Below, in pieces: positions 10,792 to 18,930 of a stretch of 64,000 bases of DNA. The notes beneath the pieces are model-generated. The model saw only the letters and a program-made list of their open reading frames with translations. It was not told the origin of the DNA and did no database searches. Origin of the DNA: Candidatus Fimenecus sp. (lineage in GTDB: Bacteria; Bacillota; Clostridia; Oscillospirales; Acutalibacteraceae); contig DAVZXP010000005.1 of assembly GCA_052298855.1 (NCBI GenBank), positions 109,253 to 173,252 on the forward strand, written 5' to 3'. The stretch's first letter is position 1. Each line of letters begins with the position of its first letter. The translations under genes and the position numbers were made by a program.

Positions 10792-11964
10792 ATTAACATG
10801 AAAAAGCTTTTTAATACAATTTCAACATTCTTAAAAGAAACCGATTTATACCTACTCACCATGTGCTTTGTGGCCTCGGTGTTCGGTATAATTATGGTTA
10901 CGAGTGCGACAAAATACACGCTCACAGACGGTCAAATTCTCTCAAGAGAAACGATAATTATGATCGTTGCCGTTGCGGTGGGTATTCTGTCGGCGATTTT
11001 AATTTCAATGCTTGACTATCAGGTGTTCACGAAGCTATGGCCCGTCATTGCGGTCGTATGCATTGTGCTTATGCTGCTGCTTTTCAAATTCGGCACAGGC
11101 CCGAGCGCAAGAAGCGACGCAAGAACTTGGCTTAAATTCGGCCCGATTTCATTGCAGCCGTCCGAGCTTGTTAAAATCGGCTTTATCATCACCTTCAGCG
11201 TTCACATTGAAAAGCTCAAGGATAAGCTTAATCACATTTTGAGCATTTTACAGCTCGGCGTTCACGCAATTATACCGATTGCCCTCGTTGCTCTTACGGG
11301 CGATATGGGCTCGTCGCTTGTTTTCATCTTCATAACGGCGGCTATGCTCTTTGTTGCAGGCGTGCATTGGGGTTATTTCGCAGGTGCGTTTGCATTTATA
11401 ATCGCTATCACTCCGCTTGCTTGGATTTATGTCCTCAAACAGCTTCAAAGGGACAGATTTTTGGCACTTATCTACCCCGACTTATACAGCGATATTATCT
11501 ATCAGCAAAAGTGCGGAATGAGCGCATTGTCCTCGGGCGGCTTTGCGGGTCAAGGTCTTTTCAAGGGCGCATATACTCAGGCAGGAGTTATCCCCGAGAG
11601 CAAAAATGATATGATTTTTACCGTTATCGGCGAAGAACTGGGCTTTATAGGTTGTACCGTTGCCTTGCTTTTGCTTACGCTTATCGCATTGCGCTGCATA
11701 TCGGTCGGCAAAAAGTCAAGAGAGCAATCAACAGACCTTATCTGCTGCGGTATTGCGGCTATGATTGCAAGCCAGATGATTATCAATGTCGGAATGTGCC
11801 TTATGGTATTGCCCGTTATCGGAATTACGCTTCCGTTCTTCAGCGCAGGCGGCTCGTCAAACCTTTGTATATATTTGGGAATAGGTCTTGTGTTGAGCAT
11901 TTACCGCCACAATTGCGAGCGTGAAACGGTTAATATCAAGGTCTACGATTCATTGAGAAAATAA
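10786..11964 (+). CDS. SEDS-family peptidoglycan glycosyltransferase (FtsW/RodA/SpoVE)
   Basis: 10-TM profile with PESKNDMIFTVIGEELGFIG. The start is ambiguous: ATG 10786 lies inside the repeat, and ATG 10798 is the alternative. Confidence 0.88.
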   Translation: MVINMKKLFNTISTFLKETDLYLLTMCFVASVFGIIMVTSATKYTLTDGQILSRETIIMIVAVAVGILSAILISMLDYQVFTKLWPVIAVVCIVLMLLLFKFGTGPSARSDARTWLKFGPISLQPSELVKIGFIITFSVHIEKLKDKLNHILSILQLGVHAIIPIALVALTGDMGSSLVFIFITAAMLFVAGVHWGYFAGAFAFIIAITPLAWIYVLKQLQRDRFLALIYPDLYSDIIYQQKCGMSALSSGGFAGQGLFKGAYTQAGVIPESKNDMIFTVIGEELGFIGCTVALLLLTLIALRCISVGKKSREQSTDLICCGIAAMIASQMIINVGMCLMVLPVIGITLPFFSAGGSSNLCIYLGIGLVLSIYRHNCERETVNIKVYDSLRK

Positions 11965-11976
11965 AAGAAAATTTAG

Positions 11977-12560
11977 CACAAACACAGGCTCCCTTGTAAA
12001 GGGAGCTGTCGTTTTTTTGGAACAAAAAAATGACTGAGGGATTTTTACAAAATCATATAAAATCAACCTTACAATCCCTCCGAGTTGCCTACGGCAACCC
12101 ACCTCCCTTTACACAAGGGAGGCTGAAATGCGGTTGTCCGCAAACCGCAAAAGTTGGTAGCGACAGCGAGCCGTTGCGAAGGCGTTTACAACCGAACAGG
12201 CGAGCCGAGCGTGATTTTGCGGAAGAGGAGGAGCTGCATAGTGAGTGAGAAACAGCCAAAGGCTGTTGCCAACGATACGGTGCAAATGACGACGTTGTAG
12301 GGCGGTGGCTTGCTGCCGCCGTTAAATCACAACAAATCAAAGGTTACAAGCAATTACATTTTTATATTATATCGTAGGGGCGAACTGTGTTCGCCCGTTT
12401 TTAATTTGCTATGAATTGACGGGCGACCGCAGGTCGCCCCTACGGATTGACACTAAATTTAATTTTACAGCAACCGTTGGTCGTTATATATCCGCAAATT
12501 CGTAGGGCGGCAGCAAGCCACCGCCCTACACCGTTGAATGTAACTTTTAATTCGTTCGAA
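11977..12560. repeat. mosaic REP-like repeat cluster 2
   Basis: Begins with the terminator-like hairpin ggctcccttgtaaagggagc, part of a stretch (11986-12110) shared at ~95% with 61213-61330. Also has the ~155-nt module at 12142-12296 (inverted) and GTAGG hairpins at 12297-12320, 12374-12395, 12422-12443 and 12503-12530. Confidence 0.9.
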
Positions 12561-12636
12561 TCGCTAATTACTTTTTTAGTGGATTTTTTTCATGCTTAGC
12601 GGTATAATTAGCCCATAAAATTTGCGGAGGGGTATA

Positions 12637-13122
12637 ATGGACGTTAGGCACGCAACAAAACACGATATTTCCGCTATTTCCGAGGTCGAGGCTAAATGTT
12701 TTCCGCCGTCGGAGGCGGCAAGCAAAAAGGCTTTTACAGGACGAATTGAAAATTACGGAAATCATTTTTGGTTAATGTATGAAAACGATAAATTGATTGC
12801 TTTTGTTGACGGCTTCGTGACTGACGAAAGCGATTTGACGGACGAGATGTTTGCAAATGCTGCAATGCACAACGAAAACGGTGCGTGGCAGATGATTTTC
12901 GGCGTGAACACGTTACCCGAATATCGAAACAACGGATATGCAAGCGAGCTTCTTCGCCGTGCCGTTGACGAGGCAAGAGAGCAAGGTCGCAAAGGTGTGG
13001 TTTTGACTTGTAAGGATAAGCTATTACCGTTTTATGCAAGGCTCGGCTTTGTTGACGAGGGTGTGACCGATAAATCAACTCACGGAAACGCCGTTTGGCA
13101 TCAGATGAGGATAATTTTTTAA
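12637..13122 (+). CDS. GNAT family N-acetyltransferase
   Basis: Acetyl-CoA binding region RNNGYASELLRRAVDEAREQGRKGVVL. GGAGGGG RBS before ATG 12637. Confidence 0.8.
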   Translation: MDVRHATKHDISAISEVEAKCFPPSEAASKKAFTGRIENYGNHFWLMYENDKLIAFVDGFVTDESDLTDEMFANAAMHNENGAWQMIFGVNTLPEYRNNGYASELLRRAVDEAREQGRKGVVLTCKDKLLPFYARLGFVDEGVTDKSTHGNAVWHQMRIIF

Positions 13123-13171
13123 CGGTAATGCTTATATAATTTATCAAAAGTAATTAAAGATGAATAACAAT

Positions 13172-13206
13172 AAAAGACCTCCCGTTATTAAAACGAGAGG
13201 TCTTTT
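13172..13206. terminator. bidirectional hairpin terminator
   Basis: aaaagacctc...gagaggtctttt, between the GNAT gene and the tRNA-Pro 3' fragment. Confidence 0.7.
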
Positions 13207-13250
13207 GGTCAGAGTGAGGTGACTCGAACACCCGGCATCTTGCTCCCAAA
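13206..13250 (-). pseudogene. 3' half of a tRNA-Pro(TGG) gene (anticodon loop to CCA), candidate attR side
   Basis: The reverse complement reads TTTGGGA-GCAAG-ATGCC-GGGTG-TTCGAGT-CACCT-CACTCTG-A-CCA. No D-arm or 5' acceptor strand lies upstream. Confidence 0.75.
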
Positions 13251-13612
13251 CGAACCTATGAAGACACTTTCCGCTAAAAATAGCTTTTTCTGCCCCTTTC
13301 CGCTCGGAAAACCGTGTTCTTCGGCGCTCCCCATTCCACTGTTTCCGAGTGCTCCGAAACGGTAGGTGGTCTGTTATGTGGTCAACAGCAATTTCCGCAG
13401 AATAATACACACTACACGCCTCTCGTTATCATGCGAGAGGCGATTGCTTTTTATACGGTTATTATAACTCTGAACAACCCCTGATTCAAGTCAAAATTTG
13501 CACCGCAGTAGACAAAGAAAAAGAGGATTACGAAAATGCTCGGAGAAAATAGAAAACCTGCAACAAAAAGTTGAGAAATAATGATATCGCAGTATTTTTA
13601 TGCCGAAAACAG

Positions 13613-13666
13613 TTGATGTTTGGCGAAGCATGTGGTATAATGAATTTCAGTGATACAATGCACTGA
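13613..13666 (+). promoter_or_regulatory. promoter plus inverted-repeat operator upstream of the island XRE gene
   Basis: TTGATG (13613-13618), a 17-nt spacer, then TATAAT (13636-13641). This is followed by TCAGTG-N8-CACTGA (13647-13666). Confidence 0.5.
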
Positions 13667-13693
13667 CAATAATTACTTATGAGGTGTAATACA

Positions 13694-13903
13694 ATGGCCG
13701 CAAGCTATAAAAAATTATTCAAGCTCTTAATCGACCGTGATATGAAAAAGAAAGAACTCGCCGAAAAAGCCGGCATCAGCATAGCCACCATCACCAAGAT
13801 GGGCAAAGACGGCGCAGTAGTCTCCAGTGATGTGCTTGTAAAGATATGTACTGCGCTTGAGTGCACAATGGACGATATTGTCGATATTGTTCCACAAAAA
13901 TAG
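13694..13903 (+). CDS. XRE-family HTH regulator (possible controller/C-protein of the downstream MTase operon)
   Basis: 69 aa with HTH ELAEKAGISIATITKMGKDG. GAGGTG RBS. Sits 104 nt upstream of the methyltransferase. Confidence 0.7.
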   Translation: MAASYKKLFKLLIDRDMKKKELAEKAGISIATITKMGKDGAVVSSDVLVKICTALECTMDDIVDIVPQK

Positions 13904-14006
13904 TAAAGCCCGTTTTATGGTACATACACGTCTGTATAATTATAATAGCATAACCATGCTTTATGGTGTTTGAAGCTAAATTTACTATGAGTTTGGAGAC
14001 AAATAA

Positions 14007-16115
14007 ATGGGCAACAAAAATACGAATCTTCAAGTAGCCAAAAGGGCGAAAGATGATGAATTCTATACTACATATGAAACCGTAGAGCAAGAAGTGTTGC
14101 ATTATGTAGATCAGTTTAAAAATAAAACAGTATTATGTAATTGCGACGATCCGTTTGAATCAAACTTCTGTAGATTTTTTCTAAGAAACTTTAATGTTCT
14201 AAAACTCAAAAGGTTGATTTGCACATCATATTATTCTTCAAAAGTAATTGCTACGAAGTTGAGCTTTGATAATCAAGTCAAAGATTCCTTTGATCGTAAA
14301 AATGGATATGTCCTTGATGTCACCAAGTTTTGCAATGATAATGCCGAGCTTTCAGATGAGTATATAACTAACTTCTTACTATCACATAAGGTCATTAAAA
14401 TGTTAAATGGGGATGGAGATTTCAGGAGTAGTGAATGCATTGAATATTTAAAAGAATCTGATATAGTAGTCACAAATCCACCGTTCTCACTATTCAAAGA
14501 AATTGTTTCAGAGATAATCAAATACGGAAAAAGTTTCTTGCTCATCGGCAACCAAAATGCATTGACTTATAAAGAGATATTTCCTCTGATTCAAAATAAC
14601 GAGGTATGGACAGGATATCAATTCGGAGAAATGAAATTCAGAGTACCTCAATCATCTGAACCTCGTGCCACACGCTACTGGGTAGATGAAACAGGGCAGA
14701 AATGGCGCAGCTTGGGGAATGCTATGTGGCTAACAAACTTGGATAATGATAGACGTCACGAAGAATTGCCTTTAACTAAAAAATACAGCCCACAAGATCA
14801 TCCTAAGTATGATACATACGATGCGATCCATGTAAAATCAATAACCGAGATTCCTTATGACTATGCAGGTGTTATGGGAGTTCCAATAACTATTGTAAAT
14901 AAGTATAACAGCGAACAGTTCGAGATTGTAGGTGAAGCAAATCACGGATCTGATAATGAGTTCGATTTATTTAAACCTACCATCAACGGAAAAGAAGTAT
15001 TCAAGAGAATCTTAATTCGCAACAAGAGGTTAATTAAAATGCCAACTAAAGAGTTTAGAATATTAGACCTATTCAGTGGTGCGGGTGGAATGTCTTATGG
15101 AATGGAAAAGAATGCACACTTTAAAACAGAAGTAGCACTGGATTATAATCCGCAGGCACTCGAAACATTCAAATATAATATGCCTAATGCAGAGGTTGTT
15201 ACGGGCGATATCACAGATGACAGGGTTAAAAAGCAGCTCATTGAACTGAGCAAAAAGCGAAAGGTCAATATGATAATTGGCGGTCCCCCGTGTCAAGGAT
15301 TCTCGCTAAAAGGCAAAAAGCTTGGATTAGATGATCCGAGGAACTTTCTGTTCAATGAATATCTCAACATTGTAAGTATATTAAATCCTGAGGTGTTCGT
15401 AATCGAAAATGTTAAGGCACTCCTGTCCACTTCCGCTGGATGGTTCAAAAATCAGATAATAGAGAAAGTTAGACGAATGGGATATCATGTGGAATACGGT
15501 GTGCTTACAGCTTCAGACTTTGGTGTTCCTCAGGCAAGACAAAGAGCGATTTTTATATGCTCTAAAAATAAACCCGTAACACTTCCGAAACCTACATGCC
15601 ATGAAATGGTAACAGTTAGAGATGCTATCTATGATTTGGCATACTTGAATTCTGGCGAGGGCGAATTCGAGCAAGATTATGTTACAGAGCCTACAAGTGA
15701 TTACCAAAAAGTAATGCGACAAGGTAGTAAGAAGCTGTATAACCACAAGGCATCTAACCATGCAGAAATAGCAATCAGAAAATTACAAATGATTCCGCCT
15801 GAATGCGGAAAAGAACATTTACCGCAAGAGTTGACAGGCAATCAACAGTTTAGCGGAACATGGGGAAGATTGAAATGGGATGCTGTTTCTCCCACGATAG
15901 ACACAAGATTTGATGCATCCTCAAACGGTACGAATAATCATCCATTCTTGCATAGAGCTATCACGCCTCGCGAAGCAGCGAGAATACAATCGTTTGATGA
16001 TAAGTTCGTATTTATCGGAGCAAAACTATATATTCGTCAACAAATCGGAAATGCAGTGCCTCCCCTTATGGCAAAGGCGATTGCAGATCAAATTTACGAC
16101 ATACTGAGTAAATAA
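14007..16115 (+). CDS. bifunctional DNA methyltransferase: N-terminal EcoRI-family N6-adenine MTase fused to a C-terminal C5-cytosine MTase
   Basis: N-terminal half has DDEFYT and VVTNPPFS. C-terminal half has LFSGAGG (I), GGPPCQGFS (IV), ENVKAL (VI), QARQRAIFI (VIII) and GNAVPP (X). An in-frame AAGAGG-N9-ATG (15039) sits at the domain junction. Confidence 0.88.
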   Translation: MGNKNTNLQVAKRAKDDEFYTTYETVEQEVLHYVDQFKNKTVLCNCDDPFESNFCRFFLRNFNVLKLKRLICTSYYSSKVIATKLSFDNQVKDSFDRKNGYVLDVTKFCNDNAELSDEYITNFLLSHKVIKMLNGDGDFRSSECIEYLKESDIVVTNPPFSLFKEIVSEIIKYGKSFLLIGNQNALTYKEIFPLIQNNEVWTGYQFGEMKFRVPQSSEPRATRYWVDETGQKWRSLGNAMWLTNLDNDRRHEELPLTKKYSPQDHPKYDTYDAIHVKSITEIPYDYAGVMGVPITIVNKYNSEQFEIVGEANHGSDNEFDLFKPTINGKEVFKRILIRNKRLIKMPTKEFRILDLFSGAGGMSYGMEKNAHFKTEVALDYNPQALETFKYNMPNAEVVTGDITDDRVKKQLIELSKKRKVNMIIGGPPCQGFSLKGKKLGLDDPRNFLFNEYLNIVSILNPEVFVIENVKALLSTSAGWFKNQIIEKVRRMGYHVEYGVLTASDFGVPQARQRAIFICSKNKPVTLPKPTCHEMVTVRDAIYDLAYLNSGEGEFEQDYVTEPTSDYQKVMRQGSKKLYNHKASNHAEIAIRKLQMIPPECGKEHLPQELTGNQQFSGTWGRLKWDAVSPTIDTRFDASSNGTNNHPFLHRAITPREAARIQSFDDKFVFIGAKLYIRQQIGNAVPPLMAKAIADQIYDILSK

Positions 16116-16141
16116 TTAACGGGAAGGATATAGGTGCAAAT

Positions 16142-17035
16142 ATGAATAACGAAATGGCATATTTGTTAGGAATGATAACAGGAAACGGTGCAGTTCAAAG
16201 AGGCCCTTCTGAAACCACCATTGTTATTGAGATTCCTCATAAAAAGTTAGAAACAGAGTTTAATAGAGATGTTGCTCTTTATGTAAAAGCAAGTATCACC
16301 GATATGAGGCAAGTGTTAGAGCCTGTATTAGGAACAAGCTTGGTGTTTAATCAAAATCCCAATGTTTCTTTTTTGTCGTTCAGAAAGAGAAACGAAGATT
16401 ACTTGATGAGAGAAATTATACGCTATATCGGCGGAGCTACGTCGGCGGATAATGTGAGAATCTCACCCGAAGTCTTTTCGTTTACGCTTGATGAAAGAAA
16501 ACAATTTATTCGTGGTTTTGCGGATGTAACTGGATACATTAGAAGAAGCAACTATTTCTTTGATAAAGAAGCTCACCGTGTTTATTTTGAAATTCCACAC
16601 AACTGGGGCTTGGTTGTCGATTTTTGTAACATGCTGAAAAGTGTGGATATTCCCGTGCAAAACATCGACTGGGCACATCCTAACATGAGAGATGGTAAGC
16701 TTGTAAAATACAATCAGGGAAACCATGATTTTTGGAAGAAAGAACATCAGGTTAAGGTTTGGGCAGTCGAATATGAGCCTATTGGTTTTGCAGTTATACA
16801 TAAGCAGGAGGCTTTGTCTGCTTTTGCTAATGAACATAGAGTTTGGTTGCAAGAACAAGGAAAGAATCCCGAAGATGTAACGCATAGATATTATTGGGAT
16901 TCAAATGGCAAGGTCAAGGCTAAACCTCGTCATCCTGGAGAAATGGATACATTCTTGCCTGCTGAAATCAGAGGCATACACTTTGATTCTTGGAAAGATA
17001 TTGCTAAAAAACTTGGATATAGCGAGGAGTCGTAA
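16142..17035 (+). CDS. hypothetical protein with two LAGLIDADG-like motifs (acidic residues substituted)
   Basis: YLLGMITGNG (aa 7-16) and FIRGFADVTG (aa 122-131) lie ~115 aa apart, and each is followed by beta-strand-like segments. The stop overlaps the next start (TAATG). Confidence 0.45.
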   Translation: MNNEMAYLLGMITGNGAVQRGPSETTIVIEIPHKKLETEFNRDVALYVKASITDMRQVLEPVLGTSLVFNQNPNVSFLSFRKRNEDYLMREIIRYIGGATSADNVRISPEVFSFTLDERKQFIRGFADVTGYIRRSNYFFDKEAHRVYFEIPHNWGLVVDFCNMLKSVDIPVQNIDWAHPNMRDGKLVKYNQGNHDFWKKEHQVKVWAVEYEPIGFAVIHKQEALSAFANEHRVWLQEQGKNPEDVTHRYYWDSNGKVKAKPRHPGEMDTFLPAEIRGIHFDSWKDIAKKLGYSEES

Positions 17036-17511
17036 TGTTAGAGGAAAAATTATATGAACCTATGAGAGCTTGGCTCGAACAGTATCTTCGCGATAAATAT
17101 AAAAATGCGGAGATTATAACTGTTGATTCACATAGTGAGAGATTAGATAGAGTACTAGCTAAGTATGATGTGGTAAACGAGATGGCCAATGATGTTGATA
17201 TTCAGATCGATGTGCTTGGCATTGTAAAACAACGAAATGCAGTTAAACTGTTTTTTATAGAAGCCAAAAAGACAAGGTTAACATTGCGAGATTTGGGACA
17301 ATTATGGGCTTATTGCAAATTAGTGGATCCCGAAGAAGCATTTTTGTTAACTTCATCTGATTTGGGAAGCTTGAATAAGCTGCTAAATAGCTTTGGTAGA
17401 GAAGATCTCCTTGATTTTGGCGAAGGGAAGAAAATCAAAAAGATGCGAGTGGGCAAATGGGATGTTGTGAAAAACAGCCCCGCCTATCACTCGCTTATCC
17501 CAAAGATATAA
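17035..17511 (+). CDS. PD-(D/E)xK nuclease-fold protein (restriction endonuclease-like)
   Basis: 158 aa with the pattern E8...D59 (IDVLG)...E76-A-K78 (FFIEAKK). Translationally coupled to the upstream ORF. Confidence 0.55.
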   Translation: MLEEKLYEPMRAWLEQYLRDKYKNAEIITVDSHSERLDRVLAKYDVVNEMANDVDIQIDVLGIVKQRNAVKLFFIEAKKTRLTLRDLGQLWAYCKLVDPEEAFLLTSSDLGSLNKLLNSFGREDLLDFGEGKKIKKMRVGKWDVVKNSPAYHSLIPKI

Positions 17512-17535
17512 TTGTTAATAAAAAGGAGAAAAACT

Positions 17536-18066
17536 ATGGACAATAACTATTGGAAAAACGCATATCAGAACACATGGGATGAATCATCTAAAAGAGAAAA
17601 TTTTATGGTTGACTGGATTAAAGACAACGCTGAGCTTACAGCAGAAATCATTGGGCTTGGTGCTGGTACAAGTGATTTTATAGATGGCAGTGCAAGTGAA
17701 AATGGGTATGAAAAAGGAGATGCGGATCTACATATCATTAATACAAACATATACATTGAAGTCACAGGCCCTTTAACAAAAAGTGTATCTGTAAATAGTG
17801 CTTTGTGGTTTAGACCCGACAAATTTGAAAATGCCATAAGAAACATGACAAACGGACATGACACATTCTTTGCTCATCACTGCCCATCAGGAGATTTGTG
17901 GCGAATAATACATATTGATGATAAACTTGCTCAAAGATATCAAAGACATGAATTTCGTATAGTCACACCTTGGATCAGAGGCCGTCAGGAAAGATATGTT
18001 GAAATACCAAGCAATGATCTTTGCATTAAATCGTTGGAGTATTTAAAAGATTATTTGATAGGATAA
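17536..18066 (+). CDS. hypothetical protein, possible second nuclease-like subunit
   Basis: AAGGAG RBS before ATG 17536. GDADLHII...IYIEVTGP loosely resembles a D...ExK core. Last gene of the MTase operon. Confidence 0.35.
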   Translation: MDNNYWKNAYQNTWDESSKRENFMVDWIKDNAELTAEIIGLGAGTSDFIDGSASENGYEKGDADLHIINTNIYIEVTGPLTKSVSVNSALWFRPDKFENAIRNMTNGHDTFFAHHCPSGDLWRIIHIDDKLAQRYQRHEFRIVTPWIRGRQERYVEIPSNDLCIKSLEYLKDYLIG

Positions 18067-18085
18067 ATATAAACGAGTGATTAAT

Positions 18086-18235
18086 ATGGCAATATTAGGC
18101 AAAATAGAAAGAATTGATGATTTAAGAACAATATGGCCTCATGAGGCAAGAGATTTTTTAAAATGTCTCGCACAGTAAGAAAACCTTTCTTTGTTGAGTG
18201 ACAATATAGGTATGGTAATTGATATTTTAAGGAGA
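18086..18235 (+). pseudogene. remnant of a DUF4268-type PD-(D/E)xK nuclease gene N-terminus with an in-frame stop
   Basis: MAILGKIERIDDLRTIWPHEARDFLKCLAQ-stop-ENLSLLSDNIGMVIDIL matches, from memory, the conserved N-terminus of that family. It breaks off after ~50 codons. Confidence 0.5.
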
Positions 18236-18241
18236 GAAGCA

Positions 18242-18532
18242 ATGAAAAAGTTTTTAGCTCAGTTTGAAGAATTTTGTCAAACACCCGGAATAGAATCAGG
18301 AAAGGCCCGCTCGTATGCAAATGCAATAGCATATCTGTGTGACTATTTAAACATCTCAACAATAGATGCAAAAACTATTAGCAATATAAGAAGTATAGAA
18401 AATGATGTCAACGATAAGAATAGTGCATTATATAAAGACCTATTATTGTTTTTGTCAAATCGAGGACAAAAATCATATTTAACCAAAGGGTATATAAAAG
18501 CCGCACTAAAATACTTCTTTAAGTTTGTGTGA
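18242..18532 (+). CDS. hypothetical small protein
   Basis: AAGGAGAG RBS, then ATG 18242; 96 aa with no recognised motif. May itself be a fragment. Confidence 0.35.
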   Translation: MKKFLAQFEEFCQTPGIESGKARSYANAIAYLCDYLNISTIDAKTISNIRSIENDVNDKNSALYKDLLLFLSNRGQKSYLTKGYIKAALKYFFKFV

Positions 18533-18537
18533 AATAT

Positions 18538-18930
18538 ATGGTCGAAGTAGTAGCTGCACTGATCTGGAACAAAGATGGATTCATGATCTGCCAACGACCT
18601 GCGCACAAAGCGAGAGGACTCTTATGGGAGTTTGTTGGCGGTAAAGTCGAGCCCGGTGAGACGAAAGAACAGGCGCTCATCCGTGAGTGTCAGGAAGAAC
18701 TTGCAGTAACGCTGTCTGTTGGAGATGTTTTTATGGATGTAGTCCACGAATATCCTGACTTGACGGTACATCTGACACTGTTCAATGCTACTATTACCAA
18801 TGGTGTTCTACAGAAGTTGGAGCACAACAGCATCAAATGGATTGCGCCATGCGAAATCCCAAACTACAAATTCTGTCCGGCGGATGTAGAGATATTGAAA
18901 AAGATAACAGAGGTTTTTCGTGATGATTAA
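18538..18930 (+). CDS. NUDIX hydrolase, MutT/NudG-like (d)NTP pyrophosphohydrolase
   Basis: Nudix box GGKVEPGETKEQALIRECQEELAV; ~130 aa. Confidence 0.85.
   Translation: MVEVVAALIWNKDGFMICQRPAHKARGLLWEFVGGKVEPGETKEQALIRECQEELAVTLSVGDVFMDVVHEYPDLTVHLTLFNATITNGVLQKLEHNSIKWIAPCEIPNYKFCPADVEILKKITEVFRDD

Noticed and set aside
13144-13410. 88-aa minus-strand ORF.
   Set aside because: It runs straight through the tRNA-Pro fragment, the terminator hairpin and the GTGGTC repeats, with no RBS. I consider it spurious.
13206-13445. Possibility that the tRNA-like 3' end plus ~230 nt upstream is a tmRNA or an intron-containing tRNA.
   Set aside because: There is no tmRNA-type 5' acceptor partner (GGGG...), tag reading frame or G3:U70. 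The upstream sequence does not supply a D-arm or 5' acceptor strand. The matching 5' half lies 14.9 kb away, so a gene split by insertion is the better explanation.
13904-14006. Repeated TTTATGGT(A/G) words between the XRE gene and the hybrid MTase, as a possible C-box.
   Set aside because: There are only two short, imperfect direct words with no clear dyad symmetry. The inverted repeat at 13647-13666 upstream of the XRE gene is a better operator candidate.
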